Part shown: positions 17,041 through 26,237 of the stretch, in pieces
How the letters are laid out: the number at the start of each line of letters is the position of its first letter
Numbering within the stretch: position 1 is the stretch's first letter
Source: an uncultured Gammaproteobacteria bacterium
Lineage (GTDB): Bacteria > Patescibacteriota > Microgenomatia > UBA10105 > UBA927
Direction of reading: 5' to 3'
Length of the DNA stretch: 64,000 nt
Assembly: GCA_964621305.1 (NCBI GenBank)
Contig: CAZUOM010000001.1
Location: 74,390-138,389 of the forward strand
Notes under the pieces: model-generated
Seen by the model: the letters and a program-made list of their open reading frames with translations, nothing else
What the model was told of the DNA's origin: nothing
Database searches by the model: none
Translations under genes and position numbers: made by a program

Positions 17041-18465
17041 TTGGATATCTTTATCTGGACGGTACTCATGTGTATCGGAGTTGGCGTCGCCGTGAAGTTG
17101 CTTTGCGACGCAATTCAAAGTGCAGCCGAAATCACTTGGGGCGAATTACTTCTTGGTTCCCTCGTCGTAATCCCGATCCTCGCTTCGATTACAACACTGA
17201 TTGGCTGGAATATGGCAGTAAACCAAAAAACCAGCTTCAATGAGTATTGGGGCGGATGGGAATTGACCGCAGTATGGGATAAGGTCAGATGCGTACGAGA
17301 TGGGTCATGCGTCCAGTCTTATAAGTGCGATTCATACTCATGTAACCCACACAAATGTAACTGCGACAGCAATGGTAAGAACTGCAGTACATGCTACGAT
17401 ACCTGTTACCGTGATTGCCCGTATTGCACGGAAGAATGGAATTTCAGTATCAAAACCACAATCGGAGATTTCGTGATCCGGAAAGGAGGATTTCCAGATA
17501 ATCCCGTGCCATGGCGCGGTAGTTCGATTCCAACGCACGTGCTTCAGCAAGCAGGGGTTGGAATTCCCAAATTTTGGGCTGATGCAAAGGCACGCATTGA
17601 CGCGGGAAAACCTGGTCCAGCGACTAAAATCAACGTATACGAAAATCTCATCATTGCAAACGATGATACTATCCTGAAACAGTTCTCGAAGGATATCGAG
17701 TTTTACCAGTCGTCGAAACACCTGCCTTCACCCGCAAAAGGCATTTACGATTTTTACTATGCGGACAAGGTAATGTTCGTCGGCTACAATCCGGCGAATG
17801 CTAAACTGTGGCAGGACACACTGGCATATCTCAATGCTGACTTTGGCGACGCGCTTCAGGGAACTATGGAAGTGGTCGTCGTCCAAAGCCCCAGCGTTTC
17901 CCAAAATCCAGACCGCTACTCCCTCGCGTTGCGCGCGTATTGGCTTGATCGGAAATCCCATAAAATGGACACGATCGCCAAAAACGCGTTTGTGGTTATC
18001 ATCGGCACAGATGACGGAAAGTCTGTTTCGTGGGCACGTGCGTTTTCAGGAATGCCGGTAGGGAATGAGTTGCTACTGGCAAAAATCGCAAACGATCTGC
18101 CGGGAACGAGTTTGACTCCTGAAGCGCTATTCGGGTCAAGTACTGGCGAGTTCTACATTAAAGAAAAATCCGACGGGTCAAAAAAGCTTGCGGTTCGCGG
18201 TTTGCACAGTGGCGGAAAAATAGCGGATTTGGTGTTCGGGCTATCCGATCAAAGCACCAAGTTTGTCCGAGTTTCGATGAACGCACGGGATGCAACCGAT
18301 GTGGGCACTGGGTTTAGTTATCTGAAGGGTGAAATTACCCCCGATGACGACCAAAAACCTGGAATCATCATCATCGGCGCATTCCTCGGTTCATGTATTA
18401 CATGGGTTGTGTTTGCAGTGGCAATCGGTACTCGAAAAGGGTACTACACATCATTTTACCGTTAA
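17041..18465 (+). CDS. Membrane protein with Cys-rich extracytoplasmic segment
   Basis: GGAGG at 17031 before TTG; two N-terminal TMs, CVRDGSC...CYRDCPYC, C-terminal TM. Confidence 0.75.
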   Translation: MDIFIWTVLMCIGVGVAVKLLCDAIQSAAEITWGELLLGSLVVIPILASITTLIGWNMAVNQKTSFNEYWGGWELTAVWDKVRCVRDGSCVQSYKCDSYSCNPHKCNCDSNGKNCSTCYDTCYRDCPYCTEEWNFSIKTTIGDFVIRKGGFPDNPVPWRGSSIPTHVLQQAGVGIPKFWADAKARIDAGKPGPATKINVYENLIIANDDTILKQFSKDIEFYQSSKHLPSPAKGIYDFYYADKVMFVGYNPANAKLWQDTLAYLNADFGDALQGTMEVVVVQSPSVSQNPDRYSLALRAYWLDRKSHKMDTIAKNAFVVIIGTDDGKSVSWARAFSGMPVGNELLLAKIANDLPGTSLTPEALFGSSTGEFYIKEKSDGSKKLAVRGLHSGGKIADLVFGLSDQSTKFVRVSMNARDATDVGTGFSYLKGEITPDDDQKPGIIIIGAFLGSCITWVVFAVAIGTRKGYYTSFYR

Positions 18466-18498
18466 TTACCGTTAAATCGGTAAACAAGGAGAATCCGA

Positions 18499-19161
18499 AT
18501 GAGTAAAACACTGATCGTCCTCATCGTTGTGGCAGCGGTGATTGGGGTGCTTGGATGCACGATCGCCTCAGTGTTCGTTGGCGTATACAATGATGGCGTC
18601 CGTCAGGAACGAACACTCAATGCGCAGTACCTGTCAAATCAGAACGATCTGAGTGCGTTCATCAACGGTTACTATGAACAATGGGGAGTTCAGGACGCGA
18701 CAGTCCGCGATCAACTCCAGCCATTTGTACTTGACGCCGTAAAGGGTCGCTACGACAATACGGATGCCGCTGGTAATCCTACCGGAACAATCAATGCCCA
18801 AATTTTCATCAAAGCAATCGCGGAAGCATATCCTGACACCAAGGGTATCACGGATATGGCGCAGAAACTGATTGTTTGGATTCAGGGTCGCCGCCAGGCA
18901 TTTCAAAACAACCAAGACAAACTCTTGGATATGTTGCGCCGGTACGATACTTGGCTCAGTGAGATGCCACGCGCGTTCTTTCTGAATCTCATGGGTTTCC
19001 CTTCCGGCAATCTGGAAGCGCGTTTGGGCGGCAATGTATACCGTGGTGATCAAGCGCGTGAGCAGATGTACAAGATCGTTTTGTCTGGCGACGCAACGAA
19101 GGCGTTTCAAACTGGCACACAAGGACCATTGGTTCCTCCGACACGCGTACCCAGCAAATAG
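18499..19161 (+). CDS. LemA-like membrane-anchored helical protein
   Basis: AAGGAG RBS; TM-YN, EAYPD, RRQAF..Q, YDTWL..P..FF..MGF pattern. Confidence 0.6.
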   Translation: MSKTLIVLIVVAAVIGVLGCTIASVFVGVYNDGVRQERTLNAQYLSNQNDLSAFINGYYEQWGVQDATVRDQLQPFVLDAVKGRYDNTDAAGNPTGTINAQIFIKAIAEAYPDTKGITDMAQKLIVWIQGRRQAFQNNQDKLLDMLRRYDTWLSEMPRAFFLNLMGFPSGNLEARLGGNVYRGDQAREQMYKIVLSGDATKAFQTGTQGPLVPPTRVPSK

Positions 19162-19198
19162 CATCAACTGAATATCTTTCGGTTTTCTGAACACCCGT

Positions 19199-19235
19199 GT
19201 ACGGGTCACAAAGTTTGTTTTCTTGTGACCCGTAC
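19199..19235 (+). terminator. 13-bp inverted repeat after the LemA-like gene
   Basis: GTACGGGTCACAA / TTGTGACCCGTAC. Confidence 0.55.
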
Positions 19236-19413
19236 CGGCATTATTGAGCTTTTTTGTTCTATATCAAGAAAGCTGAACAATGCTGTTGTAATCAACATTG
19301 CCCTTTGACATAAATAGCGTCACAAATCCAATTCCATCACCGTGGAGGTGTTATGATCTTTTAAGTGGTCTGTACTTGAAGGTATGACACAGTTCCCGAA
19401 AAAAGGAGACGAA

Positions 19414-19659
19414 ATGGACCCAAAAAAAGCGGTGACCAAAACAGTTCTGATCCTCATCGAGGGGATCGTTCTGATCAGTGGAGTGCTCATGATGTTCGGA
19501 GCAACATCATCCAACGTTGGTGCCGTTCTTGTGTTCGGTGGTGCCGCGGCAATCTTTTGGACATGGAACTTCATCGATGTCGAAAAGACAACCGCACTCG
19601 AGAAATTGTATGACGCACGCGCCGAGGCAGGAGAAGGAGGCGGCGCCCGGCCGTATTGA
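19414..19659 (+). CDS. Small two-TM membrane protein
   Basis: AAGGAG RBS before ATG; two hydrophobic segments. Confidence 0.6.
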   Translation: MDPKKAVTKTVLILIEGIVLISGVLMMFGATSSNVGAVLVFGGAAAIFWTWNFIDVEKTTALEKLYDARAEAGEGGGARPY

Positions 19660-19672
19660 ACGTATGATCAAC

Positions 19673-19736
19673 CCCTCGCCTATTCAGGTATGTGTTGTTT
19701 CGTAAGAAGCACAACTGAGTCGGCGAGGTTTTTTTT
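19673..19736 (+). terminator. Rho-independent terminator-like hairpin
   Basis: CCTCGCC...GGCGAGG followed by T8. Confidence 0.6.
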
Positions 19737-19748
19737 GGGGGAGGGACT

Positions 19749-20123
19749 TCACTCCAAAATCGGCACGCGGTACTTGTGTAGCTTAGGATCGGCGGTAATA
19801 ATCGCACAGCCCTCAATCAGTGCCTGCGCCACAATCATCCGGTCAAAAGGGTCTTTATGATGAAGCGGAAGCTCATGCAATTTTTTTACATGGGACATAC
19901 TGATAGGTAATGAATCAAATTCGAGATTCCCGAAACATACCTCCCAACTTTTACGAAGCTTAAGTTTATTATTTCTCATCTTAATACTCATTTCCCATGC
20001 GGTGACACTACTTACAAATATAAAATTTTCCGGATTGCTTATCGTTTCCCGCCACGAGGATTTTAATCTAGCATTGTCGTCTACCCACCATATAAACACA
20101 TTAGTGTCGAGTAGATACTTCAT
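19749..20123 (-). CDS. VapC PIN-domain toxin
   Basis: YLLDTNVFIW, SSVTAWE, HKDPFDR, ITAD. Confidence 0.93.
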   Translation of the reverse strand: MKYLLDTNVFIWWVDDNARLKSSWRETISNPENFIFVSSVTAWEMSIKMRNNKLKLRKSWEVCFGNLEFDSLPISMSHVKKLHELPLHHKDPFDRMIVAQALIEGCAIITADPKLHKYRVPILE

Positions 20124-20371
20124 TACTTATCGTCGGATCCATAAAACATCCTGTTTATCTCGGGATCTTCATCGTCAAAATCATCTGATATCCAAATTTG
20201 CCCCTTGAGCCTGCCCGGAACCCTGGGTTTTTTTTCAGTCGCAATAGGAACGAGTCGCACCAATGGTTTACCGTCTTTCGCAATCATTACATCATTTCCT
20301 GCCAGCGCTTGGGCAACAAGCTGCGAAAGGTTAGTTTTTGCATCAAACATGTTTACTATCTGAGGTGTCAT
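20123..20371 (-). CDS. Phd/YefM-type antitoxin (VapB)
   Basis: VNMFDAKTNLSQL, IAKDGKPLVRLVP, PGRLKGQIWISDDFD. Confidence 0.92.
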   Translation of the reverse strand: MTPQIVNMFDAKTNLSQLVAQALAGNDVMIAKDGKPLVRLVPIATEKKPRVPGRLKGQIWISDDFDDEDPEINRMFYGSDDK

Positions 20372-20376
20372 ATTAC

Positions 20377-20412
20377 TTAGCTAATATTAGCTAATATTGA
20401 TCATAATGTCAA
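20377..20412 (-). promoter_or_regulatory. TA promoter with tandem TTAGCTAA palindromic operators
   Basis: TTGACA-17-TAATAT; TTAGCTAA twice with a 10-bp period. Confidence 0.72.
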
Positions 20413-21425
20413 GTTCCGATTTTAAATTCCACCACATCCCCGTCTGCCATTTCGTAGTCTCTTCCTTCCATCCGGAGCCTGCCTGTTTCTTTCGCCTTAT
20501 TCCACCCTCCGATGGCAACGAGCTGATCATAACCGATCGCCTCTGCTTTAATGAATTTCTTTTCAAAGTCCGTGTGGATGACACCGGCCGCCTGCGGAGC
20601 TTTTGTTCCTTTCTCAATTGTCCATGCTCGGACTTCTTTGGACCCCTGCGTCAGAAACGAAATGAGCCCGAGAGTCTCGTAGGCTTTCTGAATGAAACGA
20701 TCCAGGCCGGATGATTCCAACCCCAAAGCCAGTAAATACGCCTTTTGATCGGCATCCGAAAGCGACGCAAGCTCCATTTCCGTTTTAGCGCAAATCCGAA
20801 AACCCTCGCCAAGAAGACTATCTTCTGAAACGTTTGCGACGGGAAGCGTCGGTTTCATTGTGAGAAGCTGAAGCAACCGCACCTCCTGTTTTGCCTCTTG
20901 GGAAAGGGGTACGTCACGCGCCGGTATCCCGCGGTTGAGTGAAGCGAGTAATGTTAACACCATTTCACTTTTTGTTTTTTGCTTCTCCAGTGTCTGCAGG
21001 TCGGAGAGAATCAGCTCTGTTTCAATAATCTCCCGGTCGCCGACAGGATCCACGTCTCCTGCCACATGCACAACGGATGCATCAGTAAAATATCTGACCA
21101 CGTGACAGATGATATTAACTTCCCGAATATGGGCTAAAAATTTGTTGCCTAACCCCTGACCCTCGCTTGCTCCTTTAACCAGTCCCGCGATATCTACGAA
21201 TTCAACCACGGCAGGCACTATAGGCGGCGTTATTCCTTCTTCACTATGAACTAGCTTTGCTAGAGTTGCTAACCTGCTATCGGGAACTGGCACGACGCCG
21301 ACGTTGGGCTCTATGGTTGTGAACGGATAATTTGCCGCCTCTGCCGCCTGTCTTTTAAGGAGGGCATTAAAGAGAGTAGATTTGCCCGCATTCGGTAGAC
21401 CAACGATCCCTACTTTTAAATTCAT
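20409..21425 (-). CDS. ychF: Ribosome-binding ATPase YchF
   Basis: GLPNAGKST, ANYPFTT, DIAGLVKGASEGQGLGNKFL, AAGVIHTDF, DGDVVEF. Confidence 0.96.
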   Translation of the reverse strand: MNLKVGIVGLPNAGKSTLFNALLKRQAAEAANYPFTTIEPNVGVVPVPDSRLATLAKLVHSEEGITPPIVPAVVEFVDIAGLVKGASEGQGLGNKFLAHIREVNIICHVVRYFTDASVVHVAGDVDPVGDREIIETELILSDLQTLEKQKTKSEMVLTLLASLNRGIPARDVPLSQEAKQEVRLLQLLTMKPTLPVANVSEDSLLGEGFRICAKTEMELASLSDADQKAYLLALGLESSGLDRFIQKAYETLGLISFLTQGSKEVRAWTIEKGTKAPQAAGVIHTDFEKKFIKAEAIGYDQLVAIGGWNKAKETGRLRMEGRDYEMADGDVVEFKIGT

Positions 21426-21430
21426 GAAAG

Positions 21431-21958
21431 TTACTCCTCCTGTGGAGTAGGTTGATCCGGTTCTTCCCCGGGTTTAAGCCACTGGACATACGGGCAGCCG
21501 GTGGACATTCGTTTTTCTCGATCCCAACCTGCGGTCGAACACTTTTTCATTTTCTTGCCTCTCGATGTGGTAAACAAAACTACTGGACTAGAGCACTCCG
21601 GACATTTTTCATCCAGTGTAACTGTCGTACCACTCACCCACTCGACATAATCGCAGCCGGTAGCTTTTTTTGCTTCTTTATCCCAACCACCAGTACTGCA
21701 TTTTTTCAACTTTTTGCCAAATCGCGTGACGGCAAGCACCAGGTTGTTCCCGCATTTGGGGCATTTCTCAACGAGCGTCTGCGGGGGAGTTTCCAGCCAT
21801 TTGACGTAATCGCAACCCTCGCTCTTTCGAGTCTGGGAATTCCAGCGGCCGGCGCTGCAGCGAATCAGTTTCCTACCGGTCGGTGTGGTTATAATATCTC
21901 CGAGAGGACTTGCGCATTTGGGACACACATCACGTTGTGGCAACTCTACATCATTCAT
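21431..21958 (-). CDS. Stand-alone protein of three topoisomerase-type C4 zinc-ribbon repeats
   Basis: Three copies of CPxC...GKKxxxCS.G.W...GCxYVxW. Confidence 0.8.
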   Translation of the reverse strand: MNDVELPQRDVCPKCASPLGDIITTPTGRKLIRCSAGRWNSQTRKSEGCDYVKWLETPPQTLVEKCPKCGNNLVLAVTRFGKKLKKCSTGGWDKEAKKATGCDYVEWVSGTTVTLDEKCPECSSPVVLFTTSRGKKMKKCSTAGWDREKRMSTGCPYVQWLKPGEEPDQPTPQEE

Positions 21959-22023
21959 ATTCCTTAGTCTTACTGTCAGTATACATGCTTGACAGCGATA
22001 CGCAACAATGGAACAATACGTTT

Positions 22024-22410
22024 ATGAAGAAAAAAAGCAATACGCTCATTTATGTTGCCGTCATTATCGGTCTGATCATTTCAGCTATTGCGGCAACTGC
22101 AGTAGTCAATCGCACAAAGGAACAAGCTCCGTCTGATATCCGGGCAAAGGCAGGAGCGACCTCTGCTCTTCAAATGACGGGTACGGTAGGGTCTGTGGAC
22201 AATTCGAAAGGGGTATTTTCGTTGACTGACGTACGTTTTGTTTCAAGTACATCTGAAACTACTCTCGGCACCTGGAGCGTTACTCCCCCGTCGGGATTTT
22301 CACTCAATTCCCTTTCGGCAGGTACTCAGGTCACAATAACGATCAATCCAGCGACCATGTTGACATCATCATCAACGGTGACTGCAACACAGATCATCGT
22401 GGAACGCTGA
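22024..22410 (+). CDS. Membrane-anchored hypothetical protein
   Basis: KKK + TM + Ser/Thr-rich beta domain; TTGACA-17-AACAAT upstream. Confidence 0.7.
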   Translation: MKKKSNTLIYVAVIIGLIISAIAATAVVNRTKEQAPSDIRAKAGATSALQMTGTVGSVDNSKGVFSLTDVRFVSSTSETTLGTWSVTPPSGFSLNSLSAGTQVTITINPATMLTSSSTVTATQIIVER

Positions 22411-23827
22411 CTATTCGGGGACCCTGCGCGCAGTCTTCTACAAAAAAACCTTTTTCTTCTATAGCTTTGCGAATTTTGTCTGCATCTTCAAATTTATTTT
22501 CTCTACGCAACTGCTCACGCTTGTCTACAAGTATTTGAATCTCCTTAGGTACTTTTTCTTGTTTGGTCATTGAGATTTGTGATTTGAGATTTAGTCCAAG
22601 TACTTCATCGAAATCAACAAGTAAGTCATATTTATCCTGCGACGGAATGTTGGACTTCACCACTTCCCACGCAACAGCTAAGGCTTGGGGCATGTTCAGA
22701 TTGTCCTCGAGTGCCGCTTTAAACTTATCCCGAAACGTGTCTGTTTTTGCCAATTTTTCTTCGGATAACGACGTTCTCTTCAAATTTGAAATTTGAAATT
22801 TGAAATTTGAAATTGAAAACCGCAGTTGGTTGAGTGCGTTTTGTGCTGCGGTGAAGGCTTCCCATGTAAAATTTATCTCGGTACGATAGTGAGCGGTCAA
22901 GTAAAAATACCTTAGTGCGAGGGCATCAAAACCTTTGGCTACTACATCATTAACCGTAAAAATATTACCGAGGCTTTTGCTCATCTTCTTGCCGTCGACC
23001 ATAAGAAAGGCGTGGTGCACCCAAAATCGTACAAAAGGTTTACCCGTTGCCGCTTCACTTTGGGCAATTTCGTTGGGATGGTGAACTGGAATGTGATCTA
23101 TGCCGCCGGTATGAATGTCGAAGGTGGGGCCTAAATACTTCATGCTCATTGCAGAACACTCAATGTGCCAGCCGGGAAAGCCATCGCCCCAGGGGCTATC
23201 CCAATGCATCATGTGATTGGCAAATCGACCAACGCGCTTGAACCAGAGGGCAAAATCCGCGGGGTGTTTTTTGTGTTCGCCGGTTTTGACCTCTCCTCGG
23301 GCTGCCACTACTTTCTCCTCAAAATTTTGTCCACTTAACGCTCCATAGTTGGGAAATTTCGTCACGTCAAAATAGACGGCCTCCGGCGTCTCATATGCAA
23401 ACCTCTTTTCAACTAGCATTTTGATCAACGCAATTTGCTCGGGAATATGATCTGTGGCTTTGCAGATGATATCCGGCCGCAACACGTTGAGCTTGTCCAT
23501 CGAATCATAAAAGTGTTTCGTAAAATACTCTGCTACCTCCCAAACGGTTTTTCCTGTTTTTAGGGCTCCCTTTTCTAATTTGTCTTCTCCCTCATCGGCG
23601 TCAGAGACGAGGTGGCCGACGTCAGTAATGTTTTGTACGTGTTTGACCTTATAGCCAAGATATGTGAGCGCTCGGCGCAACACGTCGTCGCCCACATATT
23701 TCCTTCCGTGGCCGATGTGCGCATAGTCATACACCGTCATGCCGCAGGTATAGAGTCCCACCAGTTGCGGCTTGATCGGCACAAATTCTTCAACTTTTTT
23801 GGTCAAGGTGTTGTAAAGCTTAAGCAT
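22394..23827 (-). CDS. cysS: Cysteine--tRNA ligase
   Basis: [29 protein letters not shown]. Confidence 0.98.
   Translation of the reverse strand: MLKLYNTLTKKVEEFVPIKPQLVGLYTCGMTVYDYAHIGHGRKYVGDDVLRRALTYLGYKVKHVQNITDVGHLVSDADEGEDKLEKGALKTGKTVWEVAEYFTKHFYDSMDKLNVLRPDIICKATDHIPEQIALIKMLVEKRFAYETPEAVYFDVTKFPNYGALSGQNFEEKVVAARGEVKTGEHKKHPADFALWFKRVGRFANHMMHWDSPWGDGFPGWHIECSAMSMKYLGPTFDIHTGGIDHIPVHHPNEIAQSEAATGKPFVRFWVHHAFLMVDGKKMSKSLGNIFTVNDVVAKGFDALALRYFYLTAHYRTEINFTWEAFTAAQNALNQLRFSISNFKFQISNLKRTSLSEEKLAKTDTFRDKFKAALEDNLNMPQALAVAWEVVKSNIPSQDKYDLLVDFDEVLGLNLKSQISMTKQEKVPKEIQILVDKREQLRRENKFEDADKIRKAIEEKGFFVEDCAQGPRIVSVPR
22563..22591. repeat. Heptamer array in cysS ([10 protein letters not shown])
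   Basis: ttggtca ttgagat ttgtgat ttgagat; same family as 56-85. Confidence 0.75.
22784..22818. repeat. Heptamer array ATTTGAA x4(+1) in cysS ([12 protein letters not shown])
   Basis: Four perfect copies at 22784-22811. Confidence 0.9.
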
Positions 23828-23917
23828 GGATTTATTCTACCAGAATTCTAAATTTCCGGGGGACGGCGGGGCTAGCTTCCGCCGTACTAGGTTGTTTTTC
23901 CTCTTGGTTCCGTGGTT

Positions 23918-24391
23918 TTAGTCTTGACGGACGTTGCGGCTCATTTCGGCAGAGGCTCTCTTTGCTTTGAGACCATAAAGGTCCCCGCGCGGGCGCTTGC
24001 CTTGCATTTTGGGGAGTGCTTGTTGTTGAGCCGCTTGTTGTTTTTGCTGTTGTTGCTGCTTTTTTTGTTCAGCCTCCATCTGAATTTTCTCCCACACCGA
24101 GGGTTCTTTTTCTTTGGGCTTGCCGGCAAGTTGCTCGAGGGCTGAGCGGGCAATGGCTTTTTTGGCTTTTTCGTCTTTGGCGGCATCGAGCTGTCCTAAG
24201 GCTCCTTCCTTAGTTTTTGAGGCATCTTGCCCAGACTGCGTCACCGGCTGTCCTTGCTGCTTGCTTGAACTACCTAGGCTTTCAATGGCTTTTCCCACAA
24301 TGTCTTTAGGCACCTGGGCAGTCTGCTTGAGAATATCCTTGCCGATGTCTTCGAAGGAACCGATGATTTGCGATGGGATGCCTGTTTTCAT
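23918..24391 (-). CDS. Hypothetical Gln/Lys-rich protein
   Basis: 157-aa ORF abutting the DUF59 gene. Confidence 0.7.
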   Translation of the reverse strand: MKTGIPSQIIGSFEDIGKDILKQTAQVPKDIVGKAIESLGSSSKQQGQPVTQSGQDASKTKEGALGQLDAAKDEKAKKAIARSALEQLAGKPKEKEPSVWEKIQMEAEQKKQQQQQKQQAAQQQALPKMQGKRPRGDLYGLKAKRASAEMSRNVRQD

Positions 24392-24392
24392 A

Positions 24393-24698
24393 TTAAAAAA
24401 TCCCTAGCTGGTCCTTGGCTGATTGGCTTAGCCGGTCCGTCGACCACGGCGGATCAAAGGTCAGTTCCACTTCAACTTGTTTAACCTCCGAAAGCTTGCC
24501 CACTCCCTCCTTGATGGGCGTGGAGATAACATCAAAAAGTGGACAGCCCGCCGTGGTCAGCGTCATCGTGATTTTGACCGTGCCGGTCTTTTTGTCAATA
24601 CCAATATCGTAGACAAGCCCGAGGTCCCAAAGCGACACCCCGATCTCCGGATCGGGAATCTGCTTTAATATATCTTCGATTTGCTTTTTGGTAGGCAT
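24393..24698 (-). CDS. DUF59 / SufT-like metal-sulfur cluster assembly protein
   Basis: DPEIG..DLGLVY, TLTTAGCP, FDPPW. Confidence 0.92.
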   Translation of the reverse strand: MPTKKQIEDILKQIPDPEIGVSLWDLGLVYDIGIDKKTGTVKITMTLTTAGCPLFDVISTPIKEGVGKLSEVKQVEVELTFDPPWSTDRLSQSAKDQLGIF

Positions 24699-25304
24699 CT
24701 AATACTCCCTCCTCCCTTCCAGCGCTCTACCAAGCGTGACCTCGTCAGCATACTCAATATCCGCCCCAACAGGCAACCCGTGCGCCAGCCTTGTCACTTT
24801 GCGCTTTGCGCTTTGCACTCTTAATTGCTTAGTGATGTACATCGCCGTTGCCTCCCCTTCCATGCTCGGATTCATCGCAAGAATAATTTCCCGCACGCTG
24901 TCCCCATGTGCTCTCTTAATAAGATCCGCAATATAAATTTCATCCGGCCCGATGTTGTTTAGTGGGTCAATGGCTCCATGAAGCACGTGATACAACCCTT
25001 TATATTTTCCTGTCCTCTCTATAGAAAGGACATCAGTCGGCTGCTCGACGACACAGATGGTTGACTGTTCGCGCGACGGATCGCCGCAGATCACGCACGG
25101 ATCAACTTCAGCAACGTTTTTACATAACGAACAAAGAACAGTTGAAGATTTAAGCATCTTGAGCCTGTCACCAAACTGGTCTAGCTCCTCTTGGGGAACA
25201 TGTAAAAGATAAAAAGCCAGCCGCTGGGCAGTCTTGGGTCCGATACCTGGCAATTTTTCAAAAGATTCAATTAAGCGACAAAGAGCTTTAGGAAGTAGAG
25301 ACAT
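24699..25304 (-). CDS. recR: Recombination mediator RecR
   Basis: LPGIGPKTAQRLA, C4 finger, YHVLHG, EGEATA, EYADEVTL. Confidence 0.97.
   Translation of the reverse strand: MSLLPKALCRLIESFEKLPGIGPKTAQRLAFYLLHVPQEELDQFGDRLKMLKSSTVLCSLCKNVAEVDPCVICGDPSREQSTICVVEQPTDVLSIERTGKYKGLYHVLHGAIDPLNNIGPDEIYIADLIKRAHGDSVREIILAMNPSMEGEATAMYITKQLRVQSAKRKVTRLAHGLPVGADIEYADEVTLGRALEGRREY
24795..24822. repeat. Heptamer array CRCTTTG in recR (RVQSAKRKV)
   Basis: cactttg cgctttg cgctttg cactctt. Confidence 0.65.
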
Positions 25305-25313
25305 GAAAACATT

Positions 25314-26228
25314 CTATCCGATCATCGAAGAAATTGCTCGTCCCAGAAGAGGACCCACGGAAATGATCGTTAATTTCGGAAATTGCTTCTCTTTTGGTAT
25401 TGCAATCGTGTCGGTCAGAAATACGCGGTCAATGCTCGGCGTTTGTAAGCGCTCAACCGCCGGCCCGGCCAAAACCCCGTGGGTGGCAACGAACGTAACT
25501 GATCTTGCTCCGGCCTCTTTGAGAGCCGGAGCGCCTGCGGCAATGGTGGAGCCACTTGCAATGATGTCATCAATGACGACTACGTCGCGATCTTTGACGT
25601 CGCCAATGAGCTGAACCGCCTCGGTGGTATCGCGTCGATCCAGGTACCGCTTCTTCTCCATGACCACTATGGGCATATCGAGAAGGTAGCCAAGGTTTCG
25701 CGCTCGCTTGACCCCGCCCACATCTGGCGAGACGACAACGCCGTGATTTAATTTCAGTTTTTTGATTTGGCTGGCGACAAGCTCTAGTGCACTCAAGTGG
25801 ATCACTGGAATCTGGAAAAAACCAACGATAGCATCATTGTGTAGATCTACGCTGACGACTTCCTTGAATTTGCTTACCTCGATAAACTTAGCAATCACCC
25901 GCGACGACACCGGCTCACCCGCCCGATGCTGCTTATCCTGACGCGCATAGCCCATGTAGGGAATGACGGCAATCATGTTTTTTGGCGCACTTCTCCTTAT
26001 GGCGTCACCCAAAAGAACGAGCTCCATGATGTGCTCATCCATGGGATACGAAAGCGACTCTAAAACAAAAACTGTTTTATCCCGCACGTCTTCCTGTATC
26101 CACGGTCGAAGCTCTCCGTCTGCAAATCGTGTCAGGTCTACCTTGCCCAGCGTAGTCCCCAGCTCCTTGGCAACGGCCTCTGCCAACGGCCGATTGCTCG
26201 AGCCGGAAAAAAGCACAAAATCTTTCAT
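25314..26228 (-). CDS. prs: Ribose-phosphate pyrophosphokinase
   Basis: FADGE, PYMGYARQDK, VDLH, VSPDVGG, DDIIASGST, ATHG. Confidence 0.96.
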   Translation of the reverse strand: MKDFVLFSGSSNRPLAEAVAKELGTTLGKVDLTRFADGELRPWIQEDVRDKTVFVLESLSYPMDEHIMELVLLGDAIRRSAPKNMIAVIPYMGYARQDKQHRAGEPVSSRVIAKFIEVSKFKEVVSVDLHNDAIVGFFQIPVIHLSALELVASQIKKLKLNHGVVVSPDVGGVKRARNLGYLLDMPIVVMEKKRYLDRRDTTEAVQLIGDVKDRDVVVIDDIIASGSTIAAGAPALKEAGARSVTFVATHGVLAGPAVERLQTPSIDRVFLTDTIAIPKEKQFPKLTIISVGPLLGRAISSMIG

Positions 26229-26237
26229 TATTTCATC

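Noticed and set aside
18456-18475. TTACCGTTAA direct repeat
   Set aside because: A single 10-bp duplication at a stop codon with no other copies noticed.
11035-19659. Prophage
   Set aside because: No integrase, terminase, capsid or att sites recognised.
23863-23885. ACGGCGG..CCGCCGT hairpin as a repeat family member
   Set aside because: Single copy; more simply a terminator-like stem.
24030-24070. TTG/CTG trinucleotide repeat
   Set aside because: Simply encodes a poly-Gln tract.
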